A program made the translations under genes and the position numbers. 64,000 nucleotides of DNA, taken from NCBI GenBank assembly GCA_963828735.1, contig CAWHFW010000005.1, positions 96,001 through 160,000 on the forward strand, given 5' to 3'. Source of the stretch: an uncultured Gemmatimonadales bacterium (GTDB taxonomy: Bacteria; Gemmatimonadota; Gemmatimonadetes; Gemmatimonadales; GWC2-71-9). The notes under the pieces are model-generated. The model made no database searches. It was given only the letters and a program-made list of their open reading frames with translations, and had not been told where the DNA came from. Positions 20,996 through 33,193 of the stretch are shown here, one piece after another (position 1 is the first letter of the stretch; each line of letters starts with the position of its first letter).

Positions 20996-23155
20996 TCAGG
21001 GAGTCGGCGAGTCCCGCCGCTCGATGTCCGTCACGCCCTTCACCTTCCGCACCGCCTTCAGGACCTTGCCGAGGTGCGGAAGGTTGTCGACTTCCACGAA
21101 GATGGTGCCGAAGACCGAGCCGTCCTTGGTGTGGAGGTCGGCGCCGCGGATATTGGTCCCCGTCTGGCTCACCGCCTCCATGATGTCCGCGTAGAGACCG
21201 CGCCGGTCCTCGCCCGTGACGGCGAGCCGCACGGCGAAGGCCTCGCCCGCCGTCTCCTGCCAGTCGATGTCCACCCGCCGCTGCTCCGCGGCGAGCGTGA
21301 GCAGATTCGGGCAATCGGAGCGGTGAATCGAGATCCCGCGGCCCTGCGTGACGTAGCCGACGACCGAGTCGCCCGGCACGGGCTGGCAGCACTGGGCGTA
21401 GCGGACCATCAGTCCGTCCACGCCCTGGATCTTGATGCCCCGGCCGAGGCGGATCCGGTCGATGACACGTCCGAACACCGTGGCCTTGGGCTCCTGAATT
21501 TCGTCCGACGCGAGATCCGGATAGAGCGCCTTGATCACCTGGCCGATGTTCACGTCTCCTCGGCCGACCGCGATCTCGAGCCCCCGGCCGTCGGCGAGCG
21601 ACAGCGTGGCCGCAGCCTTGGTGAGGCGCGCGTCGTCGGGCATCTCGAGGCGCCGCTTCCGCACCTCGCGCGCGAGGATCTCGCGACCGAGGCCGAGGCT
21701 GACCGTCTCCTCCTCGTGATTCACCCATTGCTTGATCTTGTGCCGGGCGCGCGCCGTGCGAACGTGGCTCAGCCAATCGCGGCTCGGCTTGGCGCCTGTC
21801 CCCGTGAGGATCTCCACCGTATCCCCGCTCTTGAGCTCCCGGTGGAGCGGGGCGATCCGGCCGTTGATCTTGGCGCCCTGGCACTTGAGCCCGACTTCGG
21901 TGTGCACGTGGAAGGCGAAGTCGATCGGCGTGGACCCCTTGGGCAGCCGCTTCACGTCGCCATGCGGCGTGAAGACGAAGATTTCGTCCTGGTAGAGGTC
22001 GATCTTCAGGAACTCGAGAAACTCCTCGGGACTATGCGTGTCCTGCTGGAGCTCGAGAAGCTGCCGGAACCAGCCGAGGTGGTGGTCCAGCTCGTCGGGT
22101 GTTCCGTCCCGTTTGTAGAGCCAGTGGGCCGCGATACCGTATTCGGCCGTTCGGTGCATTTCCTGGGTGCGGATTTGCACCTCGAAGAGCTGCCCTCCCG
22201 GTCCGAAGATCGTGGTGTGCAGCGACTGGTAGGCGTTCGACTTGGGGCTCGCGATGTAGTCCTTGATCCGCTCCTGGATGGGCGTCCAGTTGTGGTGGAT
22301 GATGCCCAGCACGTGATAGCAGTCGGGCACGCTGCGCACGATCACGCGGATGGCCATGAGGTCGTAGATCTCCTCGAAGCCCTTGTTCCGCCGCCGCATC
22401 TTCTGGAAGATGGACCACAGATGCTTCGGGCGCCCGGTGACCTCGAAGCCGTCGATGCCGGCGCGCTTGAGCTCGTACTCGAGCGGTGTGCGAAGCTTGA
22501 GGATGGTCTGCTCGCGCTGCGCGCGCTTGGACGCCACCTGATTGACCAGCTCGCGGTAGTCGTCGGACTCGAGGAACTTGAAGGCGAGGTCCTCGAGCTC
22601 CGCCTTCATGCCCGCCATGCCAAACCGGTGCGCGAGTGGCGCGTAGATCTCCCGGGTCTCGAGGGCGATGCGGCTCCGGCGCTCGGGCGGGAGGTGCTCG
22701 AGCGTGCGCATGTTGTGCAGCCGATCGCCGAGCTTGATGATGATGACGCGCGCGTCCTTCGCGATCGAGAGCAGCAGCTTCCGGTAGTTCTCGACCTGCT
22801 CCTCGGCGGACGATCGGAACGTGAGGCTCGAGATCTTCGTGAGCCCGTCCACGATCCCCGCGATCTCGCCGCCGAACTCGCGGGCGATGTCCTCGGTGCG
22901 GACCTCGGAGTCCTCCACGACGTCGTGGAGGAGGGCGGCGGCGATGGTGGTGCTGTCGAGAAGCTGCTCGGCCAGGATGAGCGCGACGGCGATGCTGTGC
23001 GAGACGAAGTCCTCGCCCGACATCCGTTTCTGGCCCCGGTGGGCGGACGCGCTGAAGCGGAGCGCGCGTTCGATCAGGTCGAGATCGAGCCGATCGGCGT
23101 GACGCTCGAGCACCGCCCGGAGGTCCGGGGCGATGTCGGGCAAGGTGCCGGTCAC
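20996..23155 (-). CDS. rel: Bifunctional (p)ppGpp synthetase/hydrolase
   Basis: HD domain (H.GQKR.SGE, LLHDVVED), synthetase (GRPKHLWSI, KDYIA.PK.N.YQSLHT, EVQIRT), TGS, CC.PVPGD zinc domain, ACT. Confidence 0.95.
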   Translation of the reverse strand: MTGTLPDIAPDLRAVLERHADRLDLDLIERALRFSASAHRGQKRMSGEDFVSHSIAVALILAEQLLDSTTIAAALLHDVVEDSEVRTEDIAREFGGEIAGIVDGLTKISSLTFRSSAEEQVENYRKLLLSIAKDARVIIIKLGDRLHNMRTLEHLPPERRSRIALETREIYAPLAHRFGMAGMKAELEDLAFKFLESDDYRELVNQVASKRAQREQTILKLRTPLEYELKRAGIDGFEVTGRPKHLWSIFQKMRRRNKGFEEIYDLMAIRVIVRSVPDCYHVLGIIHHNWTPIQERIKDYIASPKSNAYQSLHTTIFGPGGQLFEVQIRTQEMHRTAEYGIAAHWLYKRDGTPDELDHHLGWFRQLLELQQDTHSPEEFLEFLKIDLYQDEIFVFTPHGDVKRLPKGSTPIDFAFHVHTEVGLKCQGAKINGRIAPLHRELKSGDTVEILTGTGAKPSRDWLSHVRTARARHKIKQWVNHEEETVSLGLGREILAREVRKRRLEMPDDARLTKAAATLSLADGRGLEIAVGRGDVNIGQVIKALYPDLASDEIQEPKATVFGRVIDRIRLGRGIKIQGVDGLMVRYAQCCQPVPGDSVVGYVTQGRGISIHRSDCPNLLTLAAEQRRVDIDWQETAGEAFAVRLAVTGEDRRGLYADIMEAVSQTGTNIRGADLHTKDGSVFGTIFVEVDNLPHLGKVLKAVRKVKGVTDIERRDSPTP

Positions 23156-23835
23156 AGCAGGCCGGCGCAGGCGAAGCTCACGAAGCGATCTCCCGCGATG
23201 ATGACGTGATCGTACAGGGGCAGGTCCAGCAGGCGACCCGCAGCCGCGAGCTGCTGGGTGACCGCCCGATCCTCTGCCGACGGGGTCGGATCCCCGCTCG
23301 GGTGGTTATGGACGACGATGATCCCTGCCGCGGCCTCCGCGATCGCGGCGCGGAACACCTCTCGGGGATGGACCAGGGAACTGTTCAGCAGCCCGCGGGT
23401 GACCAGCACCTCCCGCAATATCTGGCTCTGGCTATCCAGCGCGAGCAGGTGGAACTCCTCGACCTGCAGGTCCCGAAGCCTGCCTCCAAACAGGCGGGCG
23501 ACATCGTCCGGTTCCCGGATCCGCACCACCGGCGGGCGCTCTTCCCGCGCCAATCGGGCGCCCAACTCGAAGGCGGCGAGCAGCCGGGCAGCCTTCGTGG
23601 GCCCGACGCCGGACGTCCGCAGCAATTCCGCCGGCGGCCGAGTGGCGAGACGTCTGAGCGAGCCTTCGCCAACCTCGAGCAGCCGGACGGACACGTCGAG
23701 AACGCTGGATGTCGCGTCGCCTGTACCTATCAGGATGGCGATAAGTTCGGCGGTCGTCAACGCGGCGGGGCCGAGGGACCAGAGGCGCTCTCGCGGGCGA
23801 TCGGTCGCGGGCAGGGCGGAGGGCGATGGCAGCAT
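23152..23835 (-). CDS. radC: RadC family JAB-domain protein
   Basis: DRPRERL, ELIAILIGTG, HhH G.GP.KA, VHPREVF, HNHPSGDPTPS.ED, DHVII. Confidence 0.93.
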   Translation of the reverse strand: MLPSPSALPATDRPRERLWSLGPAALTTAELIAILIGTGDATSSVLDVSVRLLEVGEGSLRRLATRPPAELLRTSGVGPTKAARLLAAFELGARLAREERPPVVRIREPDDVARLFGGRLRDLQVEEFHLLALDSQSQILREVLVTRGLLNSSLVHPREVFRAAIAEAAAGIIVVHNHPSGDPTPSAEDRAVTQQLAAAGRLLDLPLYDHVIIAGDRFVSFACAGLL

Positions 23836-23933
23836 CCCGAAAGGTAGGGGCGTCCGCCAGCCTCGACGGTGCCAATATCCTGCTGCGGCACAGCAATTTA
23901 CGCCCGACCACCGGGGCCCAACCTTCGGCTCGG

Positions 23934-25472
23934 TCAGTCCCCTCGGAGCGCCGCCGCGAACTCCGCGCCGGTCGCGAAGCGCTCCTCCGGACGCTTGGCG
24001 AGCGCCCTCAGTACGGCCCGCTCGGTCTCGGCCGGAACACCGGGACAGATGGTCCGAAGGGAAGGAACCACGTCCGACAACTGACGGGCCAACACGGCCG
24101 CCTTGGTCGCTCCGGTGAACGGCGGCTCGCCGCCAAGCAGCTCATACAGCACGCAGCCCAGGCTGTAGATGTCGCTCCGGCCGTCCAGGTGGCGATCGCC
24201 TCGGGCCTGCTCGGGGCTGAGGTAGCCCGCGACACCCAGCACGATCCCCGACGCGGACAACCGCTCGCCGCCGGCCATCTCCAGCACTCCCGCGATCCCG
24301 AAGTCGGCGACCAGCGCCTGTCCCCCCTCCAGCAGGATGTTCTCTGGCCGGATGTCCCGATGTACCACCCCTTGTGTGTGGGCGTACGCCAGGGCCTCGG
24401 CCACATCGCGCACGATGCCGACCGCCTCTGCGATCGGCAGCTGAACATCGCGTTGGAGCCGCTGCCGGAGCGATTCGCCCCGCACGTATGGCATGACGTA
24501 GTAGAGACCGGCGGCTCCCGCCTCCCCCGTCAGCACGCCGGAGTCGTACAGCTGGAGAATGTGCGGGTGATAGAGGCGGGCGAGGATCGCGATCTCGCGC
24601 CGGAACCGGCGGGCGTCCGTCGCCGTCGCGAGCTCGGGCCTGAGAAGCTTGAGCGCCACGGACCGCTCGAAGCGCCGGTCGCGAGCCAGATAGACGGTGG
24701 CCGTGGAGCCTCGGCCGAGCTCGCGCTCGATCACGTAGCGGGCCGGTTCGGGAGTCAGGTCGGACTCGGGGTCGCGCTGGCGCCGCAGCCGCTCGACCAG
24801 TGCCTCGAGGTCCGGCACGGCCTCGCCCGGGAGCTCGGTGCGCACTCGCGCGGTGTACTCCCGCGCGGCCCGGGATGCCCCGATCCAGTCTCCGGTCGCG
24901 GCCAGCGCACGGACGAGCTCGCCGGCCGCGCGCTGGTCGAGCGGCTGGGCCACCGCCAGCTGCCGGCGAATGTCGAGCTCGGCCGTCTGGTGCCCCTCCC
25001 CTCCCGCCTGGTCCGCCAGCGCCCGCAGCGCTCGCGCGTGCTCATCCGCGAGCCGCGCCCGCTCCTGCTCCGCCCAACGCTCGAACTCGGGCGCCCCGCT
25101 CAGGTAGAAGCCATCGAGAAAGGGGCCGTGATAGAGGGCCACCGCAGCGGCCAGGTCGCCCTCGGCGAGGCGTGCCGAGAACTCGGTCAGGTCCACGCTC
25201 AGGAGCTCGGGATCGAGTCGGAGCGGGTCCGCGCCGGCGACCAGTCCCGGCGAAAGCTGGCGACGGAGGGAATAGACCAGCTGCTCCAGCGCGTGGCGGG
25301 CGTTGTCGGCCGAGCTCTCCGGCCAGAGGCAGGCGATCAGCTTGTCCCGGCTGAGCCCACGCGTGCCCGCGGCCGCCAGGAGGGCCAGCAGCGCGAGCCG
25401 ACGGCGCTGCGGCGTCACGTGGCGACCGTCATCGGTGAGGGCGAGCCCTCCGAGCATCTCAAGCCTGAGCAT
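23934..25472 (-). CDS. SARP-type activator (wHTH + BTAD) fused to a C-terminal Hanks Ser/Thr kinase domain
   Basis: N-terminal LG.L.L..., SRDKL...LWPES..NARH.L....LR, VD..EF, ALY.GPFLDGF, FE.W...ER; C-terminal LGRG..ATVY, VALK, HRDIRPEN, DFG, SPE, DIYSLG. Confidence 0.85.
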   Translation of the reverse strand: MLRLEMLGGLALTDDGRHVTPQRRRLALLALLAAAGTRGLSRDKLIACLWPESSADNARHALEQLVYSLRRQLSPGLVAGADPLRLDPELLSVDLTEFSARLAEGDLAAAVALYHGPFLDGFYLSGAPEFERWAEQERARLADEHARALRALADQAGGEGHQTAELDIRRQLAVAQPLDQRAAGELVRALAATGDWIGASRAAREYTARVRTELPGEAVPDLEALVERLRRQRDPESDLTPEPARYVIERELGRGSTATVYLARDRRFERSVALKLLRPELATATDARRFRREIAILARLYHPHILQLYDSGVLTGEAGAAGLYYVMPYVRGESLRQRLQRDVQLPIAEAVGIVRDVAEALAYAHTQGVVHRDIRPENILLEGGQALVADFGIAGVLEMAGGERLSASGIVLGVAGYLSPEQARGDRHLDGRSDIYSLGCVLYELLGGEPPFTGATKAAVLARQLSDVVPSLRTICPGVPAETERAVLRALAKRPEERFATGAEFAAALRGD

Positions 25473-25524
25473 GAGCCTCGAGTGAGCAGGACGTGAGGAG
25501 GCGCTGAGGGGTTCCTCTTAGTGT
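25472..25524 (+). promoter_or_regulatory. 11-bp-period TGAG direct-repeat array followed by a -10-like box (putative SARP operator)
   Basis: TGAG at 25472, 25483, 25494 and 25505; TAGTGT at 25519-25524. Confidence 0.55.
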
Positions 25525-25608
25525 AGGCCGCACGATTCAAATAGGGCAAGCGTAGGCGGCGCGGATGGGGCCGACCAGACCGCTTCCCAGGTACCCAGGA
25601 GGCTCCAA

Positions 25609-26049
25609 ATGCGGCTACTCCCCCTGCTCTCGACCGTCGTCCTGCAGGTGGCGGTGTTCACCGCCTGCTCCGACACCACGGCACCGGACCCCCAGTCCCC
25701 CACAGCCCCAGATCCGGGGGTCCTCTTGCTCTCGGTCATCCCGAGCTCCGCCGTTGTCGACGGCGGCAAGCTCCTCAAGCTGACGGCAAAGCTTCATCAT
25801 AGCGACGGCACGTACTCGCAGCCCGCAGGCGTGACCTGGTCCTCGGGGGACGGAACCATCGCCACTGTCAACGGCGCGGGGCTCGTGCAAGCGTTGCGGG
25901 CCGGTAGCACCCAGATCGTCGCCAGCTACCAGCAGAGTCGCGCGTCGTCGGTGGTGACGGTGATGGACCCGGTGATCAAGAAGCCGTTGGGGTGCCTGGC
26001 TCCGCTCCGGTCGGCAAGCAGCCATCCTCACGACAGAGCCTGCGCCTGA
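25609..26049 (+). CDS. Lipoprotein with bacterial Ig-like (Big_2-type) domain
   Basis: AGGAGG SD, lipobox FTAC, VTWSSGD.TIATV...GLV.A...G.T.I.A. Confidence 0.8.
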   Translation: MRLLPLLSTVVLQVAVFTACSDTTAPDPQSPTAPDPGVLLLSVIPSSAVVDGGKLLKLTAKLHHSDGTYSQPAGVTWSSGDGTIATVNGAGLVQALRAGSTQIVASYQQSRASSVVTVMDPVIKKPLGCLAPLRSASSHPHDRACA

Positions 26050-26099
26050 CGTCCATGGGAGCGCCGCGCAGCCTACGACACCTTCCCACTCGGAGGAGC

Positions 26100-26255
26100 A
26101 TGATGCGGACTCGAACGCAGCGCAGGGTGGCGAGGATCGGGCGACCGGTCCTCGCCTTGCTGTGCCTCCTAGCCGCGGGGGCGGCGCAGGCAACGGCCCA
26201 GGTCCCGAGCGGGGCCAGGGCCACGACCTCGGACACCGCCGGCTTCCTGGCCTGA
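26100..26255 (+). CDS. Short secreted peptide or truncated gene (51 aa)
   Basis: GGAGGAG upstream of ATG ATG at 26100; basic n-region, hydrophobic h-region, A-T-A cleavage site, short mature part. Confidence 0.4.
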   Translation: MMRTRTQRRVARIGRPVLALLCLLAAGAAQATAQVPSGARATTSDTAGFLA

Positions 26256-26335
26256 ATCAGGACATCATCAAGCTAGAGCTCCGTCGCGCCGGCGCCAATT
26301 GGGGAGCGCCTGGAGTCGCGCGGTGAGCCCCTAAG

Positions 26336-26791
26336 CTATTTCTTGACCACGAACACCTTCGCGTCCGCCGAGTCGTCCCCGAGGAACAAGATCACCTTGT
26401 ACGTCCCGGGCTTCAGCCCCTTGGCCTGCGACAACCGGAACACGGCGTTCTCGCCCGCGGGCGGAAGCGGCTCGGACGACTGCTGGAGAATCTCGCCGGT
26501 CTGAGACCTCCAGGCTGCCGTCAAATGGTCGGACCCGCCCGAGCCGGCGGTCGCCACGGAGACGTAGACTGTGTCCTGGGGGGTGAACTGGAAGGTTGGA
26601 TCGGTGACGTGGTTGCCCGCCCCGATCTTTCGTCCGATCATGACGTTCGACACTCGGAGCTGGCCGCCTACCTGCATCGCCGACTCGGTCGTGTCCGTGG
26701 CCCCGGCGCGGCCCTGCGCCTGCCTCGAGCCCTCCGAGCAACTGCACACCGCGACCAACACCGGGACGATCACCAGCGAAACGTGAGCCAT
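26336..26791 (-). CDS. Hypothetical lipoprotein (paralog of 19928-20407)
   Basis: GGAGG upstream of ATG 26791; hydrophobic signal ending in Cys (VCSC); shared motifs with the paralog. Confidence 0.75.
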   Translation of the reverse strand: MAHVSLVIVPVLVAVCSCSEGSRQAQGRAGATDTTESAMQVGGQLRVSNVMIGRKIGAGNHVTDPTFQFTPQDTVYVSVATAGSGGSDHLTAAWRSQTGEILQQSSEPLPPAGENAVFRLSQAKGLKPGTYKVILFLGDDSADAKVFVVKK

Positions 26792-26902
26792 GGAGACCTC
26801 CGTTCGCACAGAGACATCGCTGTGCCGAACACGATGCGGCCCCCCGCTGCATCTGTCAACGGAGGGCCGTCGGCCACACATGGCCTCAGGGGTGCCGTCG
26901 AG

Positions 26903-30075
<3,173 letters not shown>

Positions 30076-30079
<4 letters not shown>

Positions 30080-30654
30080 TCTGGGTCCAAATATAAGCGG
30101 TGCCGGACCATATACTCCGCGACGGCATCGGGCACCCAGTATCGGATCGGCTCCCCGGCCCGGGCACGGCGCCGGATGTCGGTGGCCGAGATGTCCACGG
30201 CCGGGACCTTCACGGCGGCGGCGATCAAGGGCGAGGACGGGATCGGCGTACCGGGGCGGGAGAACACGACGATCCGCGCCAGCGCCGGCAGGTCGTGCGC
30301 GCGGTGCCAGGCATCGAGCTCGGAGGCCGCGTCGGCACCGAGCAGCAGCGTGAAGGCCGCCTCGGGCTCGCGAGCGCGAAGGGCCTCCAGGGTGTCCACC
30401 GTGTACGAGGGGCCCTCACGCTCGAGCTCCGCGCGCTCGATCGCGAAGCCGGGGCTCCCCGCGAGGGCCAACTCGAGCATCACGGCGCGATGCGAGGCTG
30501 GCGCGGCGTGGCGCCCCTGCTTGAACGGCTGCTCTCGGGCCGGGAGGAAGCGCAGCTCGTCCAGGCCGAGGGACTCCGCCGCGACGCGGGCGACGATCAG
30601 GTGGCCATGATGAATGGGGTCGAACGATCCGCCGAGGAGGCCGATGGAGGGCAT
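30076..30654 (-). CDS. nadD: Nicotinate-nucleotide adenylyltransferase
   Basis: [30 protein letters not shown]. Confidence 0.93.
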
Positions 30655-30678
30655 GCGCCGGCGGCCGGTCGGACCGCC

Positions 30679-30776
30679 GTCATCCCGAGCGAAGAGAGGG
30701 ATGCCGCCCACCCGTCCGGAACCATGCCGTCGGTCCAGGACGCGCGGCCAGGATCCCGCACTTCGCTCGGGATGGC
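30679..30776. repeat. Long palindromic repeat, copy 3 (CGTC-tagged end)
   Basis: (C)GTCATCCCGAGCGAAGAGAGGGAT...ATCCCGCACTTCGCTCGGGATGGC between bamD and nadD. Confidence 0.75.
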
Positions 30777-30798
30777 AGGGATGATGACCCGAAGGCGT

Positions 30799-31584
30799 TC
30801 ACGAGGCCTCCGTTCCCTTGGGGCACGCCTTCCCCGCCCCGGGCGCGGCCGCATGGAACCGGCGGATGTACCCGCAGGTCTCCTCCACGTCCTCCTTGTA
30901 GCCGAGCGTGCGGTAGGCCTGGACCAGGTGAATCAGGGCGTCCGGGGCCACCGCGCTTCGCGGGTAGGTGGCGACCAGATCCTTGAGGTAGAGGATCGCG
31001 GAATCGAATGCCTTCAGCCGCATGTAGTACAGCGCGGCCTTGTACTCCTTGAACGCGAATCGCTCCTGCAGGTCGTCGATCCGCTGCTGGGCCCGCTTCG
31101 CCGCGCTGGTGGCCGGATAGCGGTTGAGCAGCTCCTGATACGTCGCGAGCGCGGTCTGGCCGTAGGACGGATCCAGCTCGGGGCGCCGCCAGAGATCCGC
31201 GTAGACGTCGCCGACCCGGAGCAGCGCCTCTGGCGCGATGGGGTCGTTGGGCGTGTCGTCCGACGCTTTGCGAAACTCGCGCGCCGCGTCGAGGTTGCTT
31301 CCCATGGCGAACTGCGCCTCGCCCTGCCACATGTGCGCCTGCGGCGCCCGGGGGTCACCCGGCGGGAACTCGAGGAGGGCGCGGTCGAGATATTTGGTCG
31401 CATCGCTCCACTTGCCGCGCCGGACGGCGTTCACGGCCAGCCCCCACAGCGAATCGATCGCGGCGGAGCTCGCGGTCTCTGACAGCCGCGTCGTCGGCGT
31501 CGGACTGGCTTTCGGCGCGGGCGTCGATCCCCCGCAGGCAGCGAGACCCACCAGAACTACCAGGCAGCAACTGCGTCGAATCAT
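30799..31584 (-). CDS. bamD: Outer membrane assembly lipoprotein BamD
   Basis: Lipobox LAAC, TPR helices, A..YQ.L..RYP.., KE..A.YY.R..A..SA. Confidence 0.8.
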   Translation of the reverse strand: MIRRSCCLVVLVGLAACGGSTPAPKASPTPTTRLSETASSAAIDSLWGLAVNAVRRGKWSDATKYLDRALLEFPPGDPRAPQAHMWQGEAQFAMGSNLDAAREFRKASDDTPNDPIAPEALLRVGDVYADLWRRPELDPSYGQTALATYQELLNRYPATSAAKRAQQRIDDLQERFAFKEYKAALYYMRLKAFDSAILYLKDLVATYPRSAVAPDALIHLVQAYRTLGYKEDVEETCGYIRRFHAAAPGAGKACPKGTEAS

Positions 31585-32489
31585 CGTTCTCCCGTGCCGA
31601 CGCTATCACGCGCCGGCGTTGGCATCCCCAGCTCCGTCAGGTGGTTTGCGGCCGCCTGACCCGTCGAATCGGACGCGCCGCCCGTGACCACGGTCTGAAA
31701 CGCGAGTGCGGCGGCCAGCGTGTCGCCCTGCTCCAGCCGGCCGTCGCCGTATCGCAGCAGCGCGCGGCGCCCGGTCGGCGTCGTGGAATCCACCCGAGCC
31801 GCTTCCGCGAACCAGAGCACCGCATCCGCGAGTCGACCCGCCGAGTCGGCGCGCTCGCCCAGGGTGTACGCGCAGTCGGCGGCGCCGTCCCTGGCGGGCG
31901 CGCGCGTGGCGCTATCCTGGCTCCGACGAAGCACGGCCCGGAACTCGAGCAGCGCCTGTCCACATCCCGCGGTGGCCTGGAGCGCGCGGCCGTACCGCGT
32001 CAGCAGCGAGTCGACGCTCTCGGGTGTCGTGGCAGCCGCCAGCGCGGAGGGCAGCAACGAGACGAGGTCCTCGGTGTCGGCATCAGGACGCTGGATCAGG
32101 AGGAGCGCGTAGCGCTCCGTGCCGCGCTCCGGGGCGATCGCCTGGAGTCCTGTCACGACCTCTTGCAGGACATCCGCATTGCTTTGACGCTCGGCCGCGC
32201 GGGCGACGCCCTCGAGCCCCTCGGCGGCCTCCGCGCGGCGTGTCGGGTCTTCACCCGCCAGGCGGACGTACGCATCGGCGCTCTGCCGAAGCTCGCCGGC
32301 ATGCAGCGCGGCGGCGCCAAGCTTGGCCAGGCGGGTGGCTTCCGGTTTCGCCTCGACGGCCTCCCGGTATTCGGCGACGGCGTCCGTGTACCTCGCCTCA
32401 CCGTACGCCCGGTCGCCCAGCCGCTCGTGGTCGGTCCGCCCGCCGCAGGCCGCGGCGACCACCGTCGCCAGCGCGAGTCGCGCTCTCAC
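31581..32489 (-). CDS. TPR-repeat lipoprotein
   Basis: GTG 32489 (GTGA overlap), lipobox AAAC, Ala/Leu-rich TPR-like helices. Confidence 0.65.
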   Translation of the reverse strand: MRARLALATVVAAACGGRTDHERLGDRAYGEARYTDAVAEYREAVEAKPEATRLAKLGAAALHAGELRQSADAYVRLAGEDPTRRAEAAEGLEGVARAAERQSNADVLQEVVTGLQAIAPERGTERYALLLIQRPDADTEDLVSLLPSALAAATTPESVDSLLTRYGRALQATAGCGQALLEFRAVLRRSQDSATRAPARDGAADCAYTLGERADSAGRLADAVLWFAEAARVDSTTPTGRRALLRYGDGRLEQGDTLAAALAFQTVVTGGASDSTGQAAANHLTELGMPTPARDSVGTGER

Positions 32490-33193
32490 GCCCCCGTGCG
32501 GCCCAGCATCGCGAGGTAGGCTTCCACCCTCGCATTCTCCGGGCGGCGCGACAGACAGGCCTTCCACACCTCGCGCGCACCGAGCCCGTCGCCGGACAGG
32601 AAGTGCGCCAGCCCCAGGGCCGCCTCGGCGTCCACGAAGTTGGGCCGCGCGTTGAGCACTTCCTCGAGGGCTTCCCGCGCCTCGAGCGCGCGCCCCGCCT
32701 CGAGCATCACCCGCGCCATGCGATAGCGCAGGTCCTGGAAGCCGGGGCCAAGAGCGAGGGCGTGCTCGTATTGCTCGATGGCCCGGGCGAGTGCGCCCGC
32801 CTCGGCGTACGCGTCGGCGAGCTCGGCGTGCTGGTTCGCGAGGCGCGCCGCGACCGGCGCCGGCAGGCCCGCCGTCGGAGGCGCCACACTTTCCGCGGCG
32901 CGCCGGAACGACTCCTCGGATTCCCGCATCCGGCCCATCTCGCTCAGCACCAGGCCCTGGTGGATGAGCGCCTCCAGGTATCGCGGATTGAGCTCCAGCG
33001 CCCGGCTGAACTGGGTCAGCGCTTCTTCGGACCGTCCCAGGAGCGAGAGACTCACGCCGATCAGATGATGCACGTCGGCGAAGGCCCGTCCCGATGCGAC
33101 GATCTCCTCGAGCAGGTAGATCGCGCCGTAGTAGTCCTGCACGGTGAACCGGTCGCGCGCGCGGGCCAACAGGCGCTCAGTCTGACTGGCCAT
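32486..33193 (-). CDS. Tetratricopeptide repeat protein
   Basis: FADVHHLIG, ALELNPRYLEA, PNFVDA..ALG repeats. Confidence 0.85.
   Translation of the reverse strand: MASQTERLLARARDRFTVQDYYGAIYLLEEIVASGRAFADVHHLIGVSLSLLGRSEEALTQFSRALELNPRYLEALIHQGLVLSEMGRMRESEESFRRAAESVAPPTAGLPAPVAARLANQHAELADAYAEAGALARAIEQYEHALALGPGFQDLRYRMARVMLEAGRALEAREALEEVLNARPNFVDAEAALGLAHFLSGDGLGAREVWKACLSRRPENARVEAYLAMLGRTGA

Noticed and set aside
23152..23835. radC as a marker of a mobile or anti-restriction element
   Set aside because: Full-length chromosomal form with N-terminal and HhH regions, overlapping rel; no mobility genes
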